DNA of 42,351 bases from an uncultured bacterium. Lineage in GTDB: Bacteria; Patescibacteriota; Patescibacteriia; JAXHNJ01. Within the stretch, counting starts at the first letter, position 1. Each line of letters begins with the position of its first letter. The position numbers and the translations under genes are program-made. Shown here one piece after another: positions 10,016 through 19,908 of the stretch. A model generated the notes under the pieces. It was not told where the DNA came from and searched no databases. It saw only the letters and a list, made by a program, of their open reading frames with translations. The DNA lies in NCBI GenBank assembly GCA_965370265.1, contig CBDUSL010000001.1:1-42351 (forward strand), read 5' to 3'.

Positions 10016-10486
10016 TTATTCTATGGATATTATTTCGAATTTTTTTACTCCGTCGGGTACGGTAATTTCAACCGTTTCACCGCTCTTACGTCCGATGAAA
10101 GCTTTGCCAATAGGAGATTTATGGGAAATTTTACCTTGATCCAGATTTATTTCGCTTGCCCCGACGATTATAAAAGTAAGTGTTTTGCCGTCATTTTTTA
10201 CCTTAATACTTGAGCCGACATTAACTATATCAGAATTTTTTATCTTTTTTTCATCAACAATGGTAACATTTTTAATAATATTATCCAATTCTGAAATACG
10301 GCCTTCACTGAAGGCTTGCTCATTTTTGGCCTCGGAATATTCGGCATTTTCTGATAAATCACCCAGTTCCTTGGCTTCTTGAATACGATTGGCTATTTCT
10401 TTTCTTTTAACCGTCTTAAGTTCTTTTAATTCTTTTTTGAGATTTTCGAGGCCTTCTTTTGTGATGTAAGTTGAATCTTCTTTCAT
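10016..10486 (-). CDS. greA: transcription elongation factor GreA
   Basis: Coiled-coil N-domain with GDLSENAEYSEAK and a C-terminal FKBP-like domain (ISHKSPIGKAFIGRKSGE). Confidence 0.9.
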   Translation of the reverse strand: MKEDSTYITKEGLENLKKELKELKTVKRKEIANRIQEAKELGDLSENAEYSEAKNEQAFSEGRISELDNIIKNVTIVDEKKIKNSDIVNVGSSIKVKNDGKTLTFIIVGASEINLDQGKISHKSPIGKAFIGRKSGETVEITVPDGVKKFEIISIE

Positions 10487-10533
10487 AATAAAATAAAAAA
10501 TAACAATTTAGAGATTGTTATAGTTATATAGAC

Positions 10534-10561
10534 ATTTTATAGCAATGAATAATTTTGTCAA
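10534..10561 (-). promoter_or_regulatory. putative sigma70-type promoter for greA
   Basis: Minus strand reads TTGACA, a 16-nt spacer, then TAAAAT, about 45 nt upstream of the greA ATG. Confidence 0.5.
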
Positions 10562-10581
10562 GGGCGGGTTTCCATAAATAA

Positions 10582-12489
10582 TTATTGATTGTCAAAATAC
10601 CAGCTTAAACCGGCCTTAGCGACCGGTAAGGCCACGGCGTGACCTTCCCCTCCCTGTTCGACTAAAACAGTAATAACGATCTCTGGATTTTCATAAGGAG
10701 CAAAACAAGTAAACCAGGCGTGTGTGTTTTTGTTCGAGGCAAACTGGGCCGTTCCTGTTTTACCGGCACTACTGAAAGGCAGGGTTGAAAGAGATTGGGC
10801 AGAACCGGATATTACCGCTTCCCTTAATCCCCTCTTTATGGTGCTTATGTTTTTTGAACTAATAAAATTTTGATTAATTATTTCAGGTGATTTAACCGAA
10901 ACTTCATTATTATTAATGTCGGTAAATTTATCGACTAAGAAAGGTTTGTAAAGAGTGCCCCCATTAGCAATAGCGGCCGTATAAAAAGCAACTTGTAAAG
11001 GAGTGACCAGAATATCACCCTGGCCAATAGCTAAGTGATAGGTATCTCCGATATACCACCTTTCGCCCTTGGCTTTTTCCTTCCATTCTCTGGAAGGTAA
11101 AAATCCATCTTTCTCGTTGGGAAAATCTATCCCTAATGTTTGATTAAGTCCGAATGACTCAAGATAACGGGTAATAGTTTCAAGGCCAAGGCCTTCTATC
11201 TCTTCATACCCCCCGCCGATAGCGTAAAAATACGTGTTTACGGACTCGGCAATGGCTTTAACTACATTTGTTATACCATGCCCGCCTGATTTCCAATCAG
11301 GGAAATACCATTTATCAATCTGGATACCGCCAGTACTTAAGATGGTGTCGTATTGAGTAACCACTTTTTCCTCCAAAGCGGCTGAAGCAATTAAAGGTTT
11401 AACGGTTGATCCCGGCGGATATTCGCCTGAAGTCGTCCGGACAACAAAAGGTGTTTGTGGATTCTCTATTAGTTCTTGATATATTTCCGAATCAATACCG
11501 GTAAAAAATAGATTATTATCATATGAAGGATAGGAAATAAATGAAAGAATTGCTCCGGTACTGGGGTTTATAGCAATCGCGGCTCCTCCCGTTGATCGAT
11601 TGGATTTAATCGAACTGACTAAGGAATCATACAAAACTTCCTGGAGTCCGGCGTCAATATTAAGGATTAAATTATTTCCGGGAATAGGTTCTTTCGTGGC
11701 GATAACATTTTTTGTTTTATTAAAACTATCTCTTTCTACCTGCTGTATGCCATCTACTCCCTTTAAATCTTCTTCATACCAATTTTCGAGTCCAACTTTA
11801 CCGATATAATCCAGGGGGGAATAATTAGAATAATAATCAAGTTCATCCTTGGTAATTTTACCCATATAACCAAGAAGATGGCTAAATGCCTCTCCTTTCT
11901 GATACTGTCTAACCGAAAGTGTATCGAGGTGAACTGAGGGATGATTATTTAAGGCAATTTTTAAATTAAGGGCTTCTAGATAATTAATATAGTCCTTAAT
12001 AATAACCGGATAATTAGAGATAGAATCAGACAATTCAAAAAGACTTAAAATCTCTTCTTCGCTTATTTTAATAATGGACGAGATATCCCCGGCTATTTGA
12101 ATGATTTCATCTTCTTCAATTTCCGAAGGGATAAAATACAGGGTGAAATTGGGAGAATTTTTAACTAAAGTTTCACCATTTCGATCATAAATAATTCCTC
12201 TTAAAGCGTTAATTTCTTCATTTTTTATCCGGTTATTTTCGGCTCTATCTCGGTATTCCTGGCCGCTAACAATTTGCATAGAAAAAAGCTTAATAAAAAC
12301 TATTAAAAACGTAACACAAAAAATAATAAAAAGAAATTTTGTCTTTCGATCTGAAATACCTTTTTTGAGAGTGGGTTGTTCTTGCTGGCTAAAAATAATA
12401 TCGGGTCCGACCTCTTTATCGGTGTATTTGTTCCTTATATCACCATCTTTAATACCTTGAATAGAAAAAATATCCTTATGCTTATCCAT
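10582..12489 (-). CDS. mrdA: penicillin-binding protein 2 (elongasome transpeptidase)
   Basis: N-terminal TM helix and a PBP dimerisation domain. Transpeptidase motifs STVKP, SVN and KTGTA are present, and the gene follows mreBCD. Confidence 0.85.
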   Translation of the reverse strand: MDKHKDIFSIQGIKDGDIRNKYTDKEVGPDIIFSQQEQPTLKKGISDRKTKFLFIIFCVTFLIVFIKLFSMQIVSGQEYRDRAENNRIKNEEINALRGIIYDRNGETLVKNSPNFTLYFIPSEIEEDEIIQIAGDISSIIKISEEEILSLFELSDSISNYPVIIKDYINYLEALNLKIALNNHPSVHLDTLSVRQYQKGEAFSHLLGYMGKITKDELDYYSNYSPLDYIGKVGLENWYEEDLKGVDGIQQVERDSFNKTKNVIATKEPIPGNNLILNIDAGLQEVLYDSLVSSIKSNRSTGGAAIAINPSTGAILSFISYPSYDNNLFFTGIDSEIYQELIENPQTPFVVRTTSGEYPPGSTVKPLIASAALEEKVVTQYDTILSTGGIQIDKWYFPDWKSGGHGITNVVKAIAESVNTYFYAIGGGYEEIEGLGLETITRYLESFGLNQTLGIDFPNEKDGFLPSREWKEKAKGERWYIGDTYHLAIGQGDILVTPLQVAFYTAAIANGGTLYKPFLVDKFTDINNNEVSVKSPEIINQNFISSKNISTIKRGLREAVISGSAQSLSTLPFSSAGKTGTAQFASNKNTHAWFTCFAPYENPEIVITVLVEQGGEGHAVALPVAKAGLSWYFDNQ

Positions 12490-13021
12490 GAAAATTATCT
12501 TTGATAATAAAATTTGTTTTTAATCTGTCACTTAAAAAATGCAATAACAAATAAATTATGGCTATGACGAATGAATTTAAAATAATTTGCCCTAATACAA
12601 ATAATAAATAATTCGTGTTTATGGTAATGGAATAGGCGGCCATATTAAAATTATAAAGTAAAACAGAAACAAAACTAATAATAAAATAAAAGAAAAACGT
12701 ACTAATTACACTAATGAGAAGAAAAGAATAAAATGAACGGTTGGTAATATATTTTTGAAAAAAGTAATAAATAAAAAGAATCATTAATAATAATGTAAAG
12801 GAATAAATGCCAAAGCTTAAAACAGAATAAAGATCAAGAAAAAATCCGCCAACTAGGGCAAATATAACCGTATTTTTAAGGGAGGAAAATAAAAAAATTA
12901 TAACGAGAGTAATCAATATGGGATTAATATATTGAAAAAAACTTCCCAAAAAATTAAAGATGTTTATTTGGATTAGGAAAGCCAGGATAATTAAAGATGA
13001 GATTAATATGTATTTTCTCAT
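12482..13021 (-). CDS. mreD: rod shape-determining protein MreD-like
   Basis: 179 aa polytopic membrane protein immediately after mreC. The call rests mainly on position and topology. Confidence 0.55.
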   Translation of the reverse strand: MRKYILISSLIILAFLIQINIFNFLGSFFQYINPILITLVIIFLFSSLKNTVIFALVGGFFLDLYSVLSFGIYSFTLLLMILFIYYFFQKYITNRSFYSFLLISVISTFFFYFIISFVSVLLYNFNMAAYSITINTNYLLFVLGQIILNSFVIAIIYLLLHFLSDRLKTNFIIKDNFHG

Positions 13022-13024
13022 TTT

Positions 13025-13834
13025 TTAAAAGCTGGTTATCACTGAAACAATCTGTATTTTTTCGTAATCAGACAAGGGATAAATATAAGCCGTCTGAAAA
13101 AATTCACCGGGTTGGACTTTGATTGATTCAATCCGACCGATCAGAAGGCCTTTGGGAATGGTATTTTCCAAACCGGAAGTAATAACAGTTTGGTCAATAT
13201 CAAATTTATCCTCTTTAAGAATCAATTCCATTTTCAAAGATAAACCAAATTCACCGGAAATAAGTCCCATAGTTACATCCTCATTTTGTATTTGGCTGGC
13301 GGTAGATGATCTTGTATCATTCAAAAGCATTACTTGTGATCGGTTGGATTCTACTTCGATTATTTTACCAATTAAAATCATTTCATCAGCCACAACCGGC
13401 ATGCCAACACTTATTCCTTGATCAGAACCCTGATTAATCATCATTGTTTTGAAAGTAGGATCAACCCCTTTGCTGATTACGCGGGAAAGAATATAGTTAT
13501 AATTCTTTTCCTGCAGTTTTTTTATCTGAGGATCAATAATTTTATTTTCTTCTATTAGCGTTTTAGTGGCGCTGTTTTCAATGGTTAATTGCTGAATCTG
13601 TTTTTTTAATTCTTCATTTTCATCCGATAGGTTATTAAAATCAGAAAATTTTCCAAAAAAGTTTTTAAACGTATTTGAACCACTTGATAAAGTGGTCTGT
13701 ATGGGTTTTAAAGCCCCGGTGATGACTTTTTCAATGGGACTTAGTATTTTGAAAGAATGCAAAAAAATAAGCAGAATCAGAACTGCTGCCACAACTATAA
13801 ATATATGTTTATTTTCGCGAAAAATATTCGGCAT
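13025..13834 (-). CDS. mreC: rod shape-determining protein MreC
   Basis: TM helix, then a coiled coil (ENEELKKQIQQL), then a beta domain (GMPVV....LIGKIIEV....SQVMLLND). Confidence 0.8.
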   Translation of the reverse strand: MPNIFRENKHIFIVVAAVLILLIFLHSFKILSPIEKVITGALKPIQTTLSSGSNTFKNFFGKFSDFNNLSDENEELKKQIQQLTIENSATKTLIEENKIIDPQIKKLQEKNYNYILSRVISKGVDPTFKTMMINQGSDQGISVGMPVVADEMILIGKIIEVESNRSQVMLLNDTRSSTASQIQNEDVTMGLISGEFGLSLKMELILKEDKFDIDQTVITSGLENTIPKGLLIGRIESIKVQPGEFFQTAYIYPLSDYEKIQIVSVITSF

Positions 13835-13837
13835 ATA

Positions 13838-14887
13838 CTAAATACTAAGTTCAGTTGGAGCGATTAGAACATCTTTTAGGGCATCGAGGTCTTCAAGAAT
13901 CAAACCTGTTCCCCGGACAACACAAGTTAAGGGATCATCTGTAACATGAACTGGAATGTGTGTTTCCATTTTAATTACCTTATCAAGATTTTTTAAAAGG
14001 GATCCCCCGCCGGTTAAAACGATGCCGCGACTATAAATATCTGAAACTAATTCCGGGGGAGTGTATTCGATAGTACTTTTTATATTATCAACTATGATTT
14101 TAAGAGATCGGCTAATTGCTTTTCTTATTTGGGACGAGGAAATAGCAACTTCTTTCGGTAAACCGGTTATTAAATCACGGCCTCGGATTTTTGTTTCTTT
14201 TTCTTCGCCCTCTTCCACATAAGCTGACCCTATTTTTTTCTTAGTTTCTTCGGCTGTTCTTTCGCCAAGGAGAAGATTAAATTCTTCGCGAGCATACTGA
14301 ATAATATTTTTATCCAATTCATTTCCGGCTATTTTTAATGATTTAGAGGAAACAATCCCTCCTAAAGAAATTACCGCAATTTCAGTGGTTCCGCCCCCTA
14401 TATCCACCACAATATTGCCTGAAGCGTCTTGAATGGGCAATCTGGCGCCAATAGCCGCGGCCATGGGTTCTTCAATTAAAAATACTTCTCTAGCTCCAGC
14501 ATGTAGGGTAGCATCTTCTACCGCTTTTCTTTCCACTTCAGTAATGCCGAGCGGAATAGCAATAACTATTCTTGGCCGGGGCATAAAGCCAAAATTTTCT
14601 TTATGGACCTTTTCGATAAAATGCTTAAGCATTTTTTCGGTAACTTCAAAATCAGAAATAACACCTCCGACCAAAGGCTTGACAGCTGTAATGTGGGAAG
14701 GGGTTTTTCCAACCATCTTTTTTGCTTCCTCGCCGATGGCTAATATTTGTTCAGTTCTGGTATTTACCGCCACTACAGAAGGTTCGTTAATTATTATCCC
14801 TTTGTCACGAACATAGACCAGTGTGTTGGCTGTTCCCAGATCAATACCCATATCTTTTGAAAATCTACCGAGAATATTCTTAAACAT
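13838..14887 (-). CDS. mreB: rod shape-determining actin homolog MreB (canonical copy in the mreBCD-mrdA block)
   Basis: Motifs GIDLGTANT, NEPSVVA, VVDIGGGTTEIAVISLGG and LTGGGSLLKNLD. Confidence 0.95.
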   Translation of the reverse strand: MFKNILGRFSKDMGIDLGTANTLVYVRDKGIIINEPSVVAVNTRTEQILAIGEEAKKMVGKTPSHITAVKPLVGGVISDFEVTEKMLKHFIEKVHKENFGFMPRPRIVIAIPLGITEVERKAVEDATLHAGAREVFLIEEPMAAAIGARLPIQDASGNIVVDIGGGTTEIAVISLGGIVSSKSLKIAGNELDKNIIQYAREEFNLLLGERTAEETKKKIGSAYVEEGEEKETKIRGRDLITGLPKEVAISSSQIRKAISRSLKIIVDNIKSTIEYTPPELVSDIYSRGIVLTGGGSLLKNLDKVIKMETHIPVHVTDDPLTCVVRGTGLILEDLDALKDVLIAPTELSI

Positions 14888-16106
14888 TTTTGAGCAATTT
14901 GATTAATTTATCGATAGTAATTATTTCTGATTTTTCTTCACAACGGTATTTAATCTCAATCTTGTCCCCTGTTTTTTCACTTATCACGGCTCTTATAGAA
15001 ATACCGAGTAAGTCAGCATCCTTTAGTTTTACTGCCGCCGAAACATCCCGTTCGTCGTAAAGGGTATCAATCCCCTCTTGAGTAAGTTTTTCATAAATTT
15101 TGTCGGATTTTTTATTTTCATTATTAAGATTTAAAAGATGTATTTGATAAGGACTAATCGAAGCAGGCCAAATTATCCCGTTTTGATCATGGTGAGATTC
15201 TATAATAGTAGCCATTAATCGGCCAATTCCTATGCCATAACAACCCATGTACATACTTTTTTCACGACCGTCTTTATCCGTATATTTAGCCCCCATTTTT
15301 TCGCTGTAAGAAAGGCCAAGCTTAAAAATATGGGCCGTTTCTATCCCATTAACTACTCTCAAATCACAACCGCATTTTAAGCATTTTTTCTTGTTCTTAG
15401 CCGCCTCTTCATTAATTGCCAATCCGCAATCATCGCATAATAAAACTTTATCTTCGCCTGAATCAGCCAAAGCCATAAATTCATGGCAAAAATTACCGCC
15501 AATTGTGCCGGATTCCGCTTCTACAACCCTAATGTCTAAATCCAAGCGGGTAAATATTTTTTTGTATGCTTCTAAAACTTTTTGGTAATAATCATCAAGA
15601 TCATTTTCGTCTGTGTGAAAACTGTAAAGATCTTTCATTATAAATTCCCTGACTCTCAAAAGCCCTCCTGAAACCCTAATTTCATTCCTAAATTTATTTT
15701 GTATTTGGTAGAGATACAAAGGAAGTTGTTTATAGGAATTAACATACTTTTTTACCAAATCGGTGATTACTTCTTCATGAGTTGAGCCCAGGGCATATTC
15801 TTTATTATGAATATCCTTAAGCTTAAAAAGTGGCGGTTCCATTTTATCCCATCTTTCTGATCTTTCCCAAAGTTCTTTTGGCTGCAGGGTAGGAAGAAAA
15901 ACTTCCTGGCCGGAAATCCGGTTCATTTCTTCGCGAATAATATTTTCGATTTTACTAAATACTTTCAGACCGAGCGGCATCAGAGTCCATATACCGGCCG
16001 ATAATTGATCAATAAACGAACCTCTTACTAAAAGTTGGTGGCTTATTATTTCGGCATTTTTGGGCGGCTCTTTTGCACTGCGGTAAAATAAAATTGACTG
16101 TTTCAT
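14880..16106 (-). CDS. proS: prolyl-tRNA synthetase, short bacterial-type form lacking the INS editing domain
   Basis: Class II motifs (FRNEIRVSGGLLRVREF, GCYGIGIGRL) and an anticodon-binding C-domain. The protein is only 408 aa, with a C-x2-C...C-x2-C segment where the INS domain sits in E. coli. Confidence 0.9.
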   Translation of the reverse strand: MKQSILFYRSAKEPPKNAEIISHQLLVRGSFIDQLSAGIWTLMPLGLKVFSKIENIIREEMNRISGQEVFLPTLQPKELWERSERWDKMEPPLFKLKDIHNKEYALGSTHEEVITDLVKKYVNSYKQLPLYLYQIQNKFRNEIRVSGGLLRVREFIMKDLYSFHTDENDLDDYYQKVLEAYKKIFTRLDLDIRVVEAESGTIGGNFCHEFMALADSGEDKVLLCDDCGLAINEEAAKNKKKCLKCGCDLRVVNGIETAHIFKLGLSYSEKMGAKYTDKDGREKSMYMGCYGIGIGRLMATIIESHHDQNGIIWPASISPYQIHLLNLNNENKKSDKIYEKLTQEGIDTLYDERDVSAAVKLKDADLLGISIRAVISEKTGDKIEIKYRCEEKSEIITIDKLIKLLKNV

Positions 16107-16115
16107 AATATTTAA

Positions 16116-17228
16116 CTAAAAAATATTCTTAAAAAAATTAATTACATTAGCGGCAATATTAAACTTTATAATGTCCCTAAAACTAATATATACAAAAAGC
16201 AGTAAAATTAGATAAAAACCAACCGTGTGCATGGCGTTTTCTATTTTTGAATTTATCGGGCTGCCTTTTATTTTTTCTATAATCAAAAACAGGATGTGTC
16301 CGCCGTCCAAAGCGGGAAAAGGAAGAAAATTAATCAGGGCTAAAGTCAGGGAAAGAATAGCAATAAATTGAACAATATAAATAAAACCCATCCGGGCCAT
16401 CTGCCCGGAAATAACGGCAATACCCACTGGCCCTGAAATATCAGCTGATATTTGCTGGGTGACAATAGCATCTTTTATTAAATTATAAAAACCAAGCATA
16501 ATCTGATAAACAAGAAAAAAGGTGGATTTCAAGCCATTCCAAATGGCAAGATGAATCGGAAATGAAACAAGGCCAGTTTCCACCAATGAAACGCCTAGTT
16601 TCCCTTTCCCCGTATCATCAACAACAGAGAGGGTGATATTTTTATCTATTATCTCATCTCCTCTTTTTATTTTTAAAATAATTTCCTCACCGACCTTTTC
16701 GGCGTTATAAGCCTGAATTTCTTCACTTTTTTCAAAAACCTGATCGTTAATTGAGACCACTATATCCCCCGGTTCTATATTAGCTTGTGAAGCCGGTGAA
16801 TCGACCATTACTTCATAAACCTGAATTTTTTTGTCACGGATATTTATCCCTTCTTCCGTTTCACTAATCGCGGAAGGCATACCAATAGTAAAACCAAGGG
16901 AAATAAGGACGAAAGCCAAAAAGACGTTCATAAAAACCCCGGCAGATAAGATGGCTGAACGCTGCCAGATTTTTTTACTATTAAAACTGTTTTCAGATTT
17001 ATCATCACGATTTCCAAGGCCCTTTAATTTAACAAAGCCGCCAAAAGGTATCCAATTAATTGAATATTCTGTTGGACCTTTTTTTAAAGCAAAAATTCGC
17101 GGGGGGTACCCGAAACCAAATTCTTCTACTTTAACCCCCGCTTTTTTAGCGGCCACGTAATGCCCGATTTCATGGACCAGAACCACTAAACTTAGAACTA
17201 TTAAAAAAGTTATTATTGTAAAAATCAT
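16116..17228 (-). CDS. rseP: RseP/RIP site-2 zinc metalloprotease (M50) with PDZ domain
   Basis: HEIGHY motif in TM1, a central PDZ-like segment, and a NFLPFPALDGG motif. Confidence 0.85.
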   Translation of the reverse strand: MIFTIITFLIVLSLVVLVHEIGHYVAAKKAGVKVEEFGFGYPPRIFALKKGPTEYSINWIPFGGFVKLKGLGNRDDKSENSFNSKKIWQRSAILSAGVFMNVFLAFVLISLGFTIGMPSAISETEEGINIRDKKIQVYEVMVDSPASQANIEPGDIVVSINDQVFEKSEEIQAYNAEKVGEEIILKIKRGDEIIDKNITLSVVDDTGKGKLGVSLVETGLVSFPIHLAIWNGLKSTFFLVYQIMLGFYNLIKDAIVTQQISADISGPVGIAVISGQMARMGFIYIVQFIAILSLTLALINFLPFPALDGGHILFLIIEKIKGSPINSKIENAMHTVGFYLILLLFVYISFRDIIKFNIAANVINFFKNIF

Positions 17229-17231
17229 AAA

Positions 17232-17780
17232 TTAAATAGTCATTACCTCTTTTTCTTTTTCTTCAGACAAATGTTTAATGTTTTGATTATATTCATCAAT
17301 AATTTTTTGCAGTTCTTCCTGAGAATTATAAAATTCATCATCTGAAATGTCATTTTTATTTTTTTTGTTTTTTAAATCTCTCATTACATCTTCTCTTACA
17401 CCCCTGATTTTTTTCTTAGTATCTTCAGTTTTTTCATGAACGATTTTTGAAAGTTCTTTTCTTCTTTCTTCTGTCATTGGGGGGATGGATAAACGTATTA
17501 CCTCACCATCCACCACAGGATTTATGCCTAAACTGGATTCCTGAATCGCTTTTTCAATATCTTTTAAGGCCGTCTTATCCCAGGGTTGAATAAGAATCAG
17601 CTTAGTCTCTGGAGTATTAATAGTAGCCATTTGAATAAGCGGGGTTAAAGTATTATAATAATTAACCTGAATATTTTCAACCAATGATGGGGTAGCCCGG
17701 CCAACCCTTAAAATGGTTAGCTCCTCTTGTAAGTGCTCTAATACTTTTTCAAGTTTTTCTTTTATTTCTTTTGTCTCCAT
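17232..17780 (-). CDS. frr: ribosome recycling factor
   Basis: LRVGRATPSLVENIQV, IPPMTEERRKEL and RGVREDVMRDLK are typical Frr segments. Confidence 0.95.
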   Translation of the reverse strand: METKEIKEKLEKVLEHLQEELTILRVGRATPSLVENIQVNYYNTLTPLIQMATINTPETKLILIQPWDKTALKDIEKAIQESSLGINPVVDGEVIRLSIPPMTEERRKELSKIVHEKTEDTKKKIRGVREDVMRDLKNKKNKNDISDDEFYNSQEELQKIIDEYNQNIKHLSEEKEKEVMTI

Positions 17781-17792
17781 AACTTTATTTAT

Positions 17793-18830
17793 TTATGAAT
17801 TTTTATGAATTGTAATGTAAATCGTATTAGATTCTTGTTTGGGGATAAGAATCATATCGGTCACAAAGCCGGATGTTGGAAGAAGGATAGTTTTCCAATC
17901 TTCTCCAAAATTTGTGGAAATGTGAAATTTATTATCTTTAATTAAATAAATATTATTTGGTCTGGCCGGGTCAAGAACTACCTGGTCAATTTTGTTACCG
18001 AAACTAACTAAAGTAGTCACTTTTTTGAAATTATCGCCCTGATCAATGGTTTTTAGAAGGCCATAGTCGGTAGTAACATAAAATTCTGAAGGGTTATTGT
18101 GATTAAAACTTATAGAACTAATAATATTTGCCCCTTTGTATGATTTTAAATTTTCATGCAAGTCGATCCAAGTTTCACCCTTATCTATAGAGCGCATTAA
18201 GCCCTTTCCATAAACAAGATAAATTATTCGCGAATCAAGTGGATCTAAATAAATGTTCTTTATAGAAATATTTAGCCATTTTAATACCTGCCAGGTATTA
18301 CCGGAATTGGAGCTTTTCAATAAAGCGCCTTTGTTGGTAGTCGCATAAATTATAGATGGATCATAGTGATCGGCAACAATTTTAGTTATTTTTTGTTCGG
18401 GTTGGGTTTCGATATAAATAGTAGACCAATTTTTACCCGCATTTGTGGATTTTAATATTTTAGTATTACTGGCTGTGTAAAGTATATTTCTGTCTTTAGC
18501 ATCAAATACAACATTAACAAATGTTCCTTGTTTTAAGCCTGTTTCTTGCCAAATATCACCGCCATTTTCTGACTTATAAATTCCCCTATTAATCGTACAA
18601 ATATACAAAATATTCTGATCGTCTGGATTGGCAATAATATTTCTTACGGAAACATCTCCTATTTTCAACTCTTTTTTATTTGTCCGTCCGGCATAAACAT
18701 ATTGAGCCCAGGTTTCACCCGAGTCAACAGACTTAAAAATTCCCAAATCGTTGGATTTTTTGGCTGTAATGGAAAATGAGCACCCAGAAACAAAAACTAC
18801 TAAGAGCAAAAAAATAATGAGTTTTTTCAT
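17793..18830 (-). CDS. lipoprotein with seven Asp-box (BNR) repeats, predicted 7-bladed beta-propeller (Ycf48/sialidase-like fold)
   Basis: Lipobox signal MKKLIIFLLLVVFVSGC. Seven S/T-x-D/N-x-G-x-T/N-W/F repeats are present: SVDSGETW, SENGGDIW, STNAGKNW, SSNSGNTW, SIDKGETW, TIDQGDNF, STNFGEDW. Confidence 0.65.
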   Translation of the reverse strand: MKKLIIFLLLVVFVSGCSFSITAKKSNDLGIFKSVDSGETWAQYVYAGRTNKKELKIGDVSVRNIIANPDDQNILYICTINRGIYKSENGGDIWQETGLKQGTFVNVVFDAKDRNILYTASNTKILKSTNAGKNWSTIYIETQPEQKITKIVADHYDPSIIYATTNKGALLKSSNSGNTWQVLKWLNISIKNIYLDPLDSRIIYLVYGKGLMRSIDKGETWIDLHENLKSYKGANIISSISFNHNNPSEFYVTTDYGLLKTIDQGDNFKKVTTLVSFGNKIDQVVLDPARPNNIYLIKDNKFHISTNFGEDWKTILLPTSGFVTDMILIPKQESNTIYITIHKNS

Positions 18831-18840
18831 AGATTTAAGC

Positions 18841-19860
18841 TTATATTTTGAGAATAAAATTTTCTAAGACCAAATTATAATTTAAATTTCTTTTGATTAA
18901 ATTGGTGGCCAACATTAAATGATTAATAAGGTTAGTGTAATATTGACAGTTATGTTCTTTTATCAATTTTTGGTACTGTTCTTTTTTATATAAATGAATT
19001 AATCTGTTTTGAAGATTAATCTTGCTAAGCAGCATATCTCTTAACACGGCCAGCCAAATAGAAAGAATCTTCTGAATTTCATCTTGATTGTTATTTGATT
19101 TTGTTATTTGATTTTTTAATGAATTGATAATGGAAAATCTTTTTGGAATGCCTGATTTAAATAATTCGATAAAGTCATCAACAGTTTGGCGGTAATTTTC
19201 ATATAATTCCTGTTCATAGGAAAATTTAATAGCCATACCCGGTTTTCCCTGAGATAATAAAGAAAGATTATTAGCTAACTGGGGGGAAAGTTTGATATCT
19301 TTTAAATACTGGTAAATTTCTTCTTTATCGACGGGATTAAACCTAATTATCTGGCATCTTGATTTAATAGTTTCCGGAATAGATGATTCCCGGCTGGTTA
19401 AAAGAATAATAATCGTTTTATTGGAAGGTTCTTCCAAAGTTTTCAAAAAACTATTGCTCGCTTCGTTAGAAAGAAGTTCAGCATGGTCAATTAAGGCAAA
19501 TTTGTAAGTAGCTCTGAAATTTTTTAGACTAAGGTCGTGAATTAATTTTCTTATCTGTTCTATACTTATTAAACTTTTACTTTCTTCCCGGGCTACAAAG
19601 TGAATATCCGGATTTTTTTGAAGATTAGCATATAGCTCATTTGAGCCAAGATTATTGAAATTTATTATGTTTTGGTTTTTTTTGTCTTTTTCAAGAATTA
19701 TGTTTATAAAATTCAAGGCCACCAGCTTTTTACCTACTCCCTCAGGCCCTATGAAAATATAAGCATGTGACATTTTTTCCCGGCTAACACTTTTGGTTAG
19801 ATACTCAATTATATTCTTATGACCTAACACTAACCAATCAGAATTAATTTTTTTATTCAT
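18841..19860 (-). CDS. holB: DNA polymerase III delta-prime subunit
   Basis: HAYIFIGPEGVGK Walker-like segment, plus NSFLKTLEEP and TIKSRCQIIRF. Confidence 0.75.
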   Translation of the reverse strand: MNKKINSDWLVLGHKNIIEYLTKSVSREKMSHAYIFIGPEGVGKKLVALNFINIILEKDKKNQNIINFNNLGSNELYANLQKNPDIHFVAREESKSLISIEQIRKLIHDLSLKNFRATYKFALIDHAELLSNEASNSFLKTLEEPSNKTIIILLTSRESSIPETIKSRCQIIRFNPVDKEEIYQYLKDIKLSPQLANNLSLLSQGKPGMAIKFSYEQELYENYRQTVDDFIELFKSGIPKRFSIINSLKNQITKSNNNQDEIQKILSIWLAVLRDMLLSKINLQNRLIHLYKKEQYQKLIKEHNCQYYTNLINHLMLATNLIKRNLNYNLVLENFILKI

Positions 19861-19908
19861 ATTTATTTAAGTTTGGTAAAAAAATAATAACATTTTTAAC
19901 GATATTGG

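Noticed and set aside
14433-14816. 127-aa plus-strand ORF antisense to mreB. It is mirrored by a 128-aa antisense ORF (21344..21730) at the homologous position of the second mreB.
   Set aside because: Both lie fully inside strongly supported MreB coding sequence. They have no promoter or SD, and their products are S/P/I/A-rich low-information sequence. The parallel occurrence is best explained by the codon composition of the conserved Gly/Ala/Ile-rich ATPase core, which avoids stop codons on the opposite strand.
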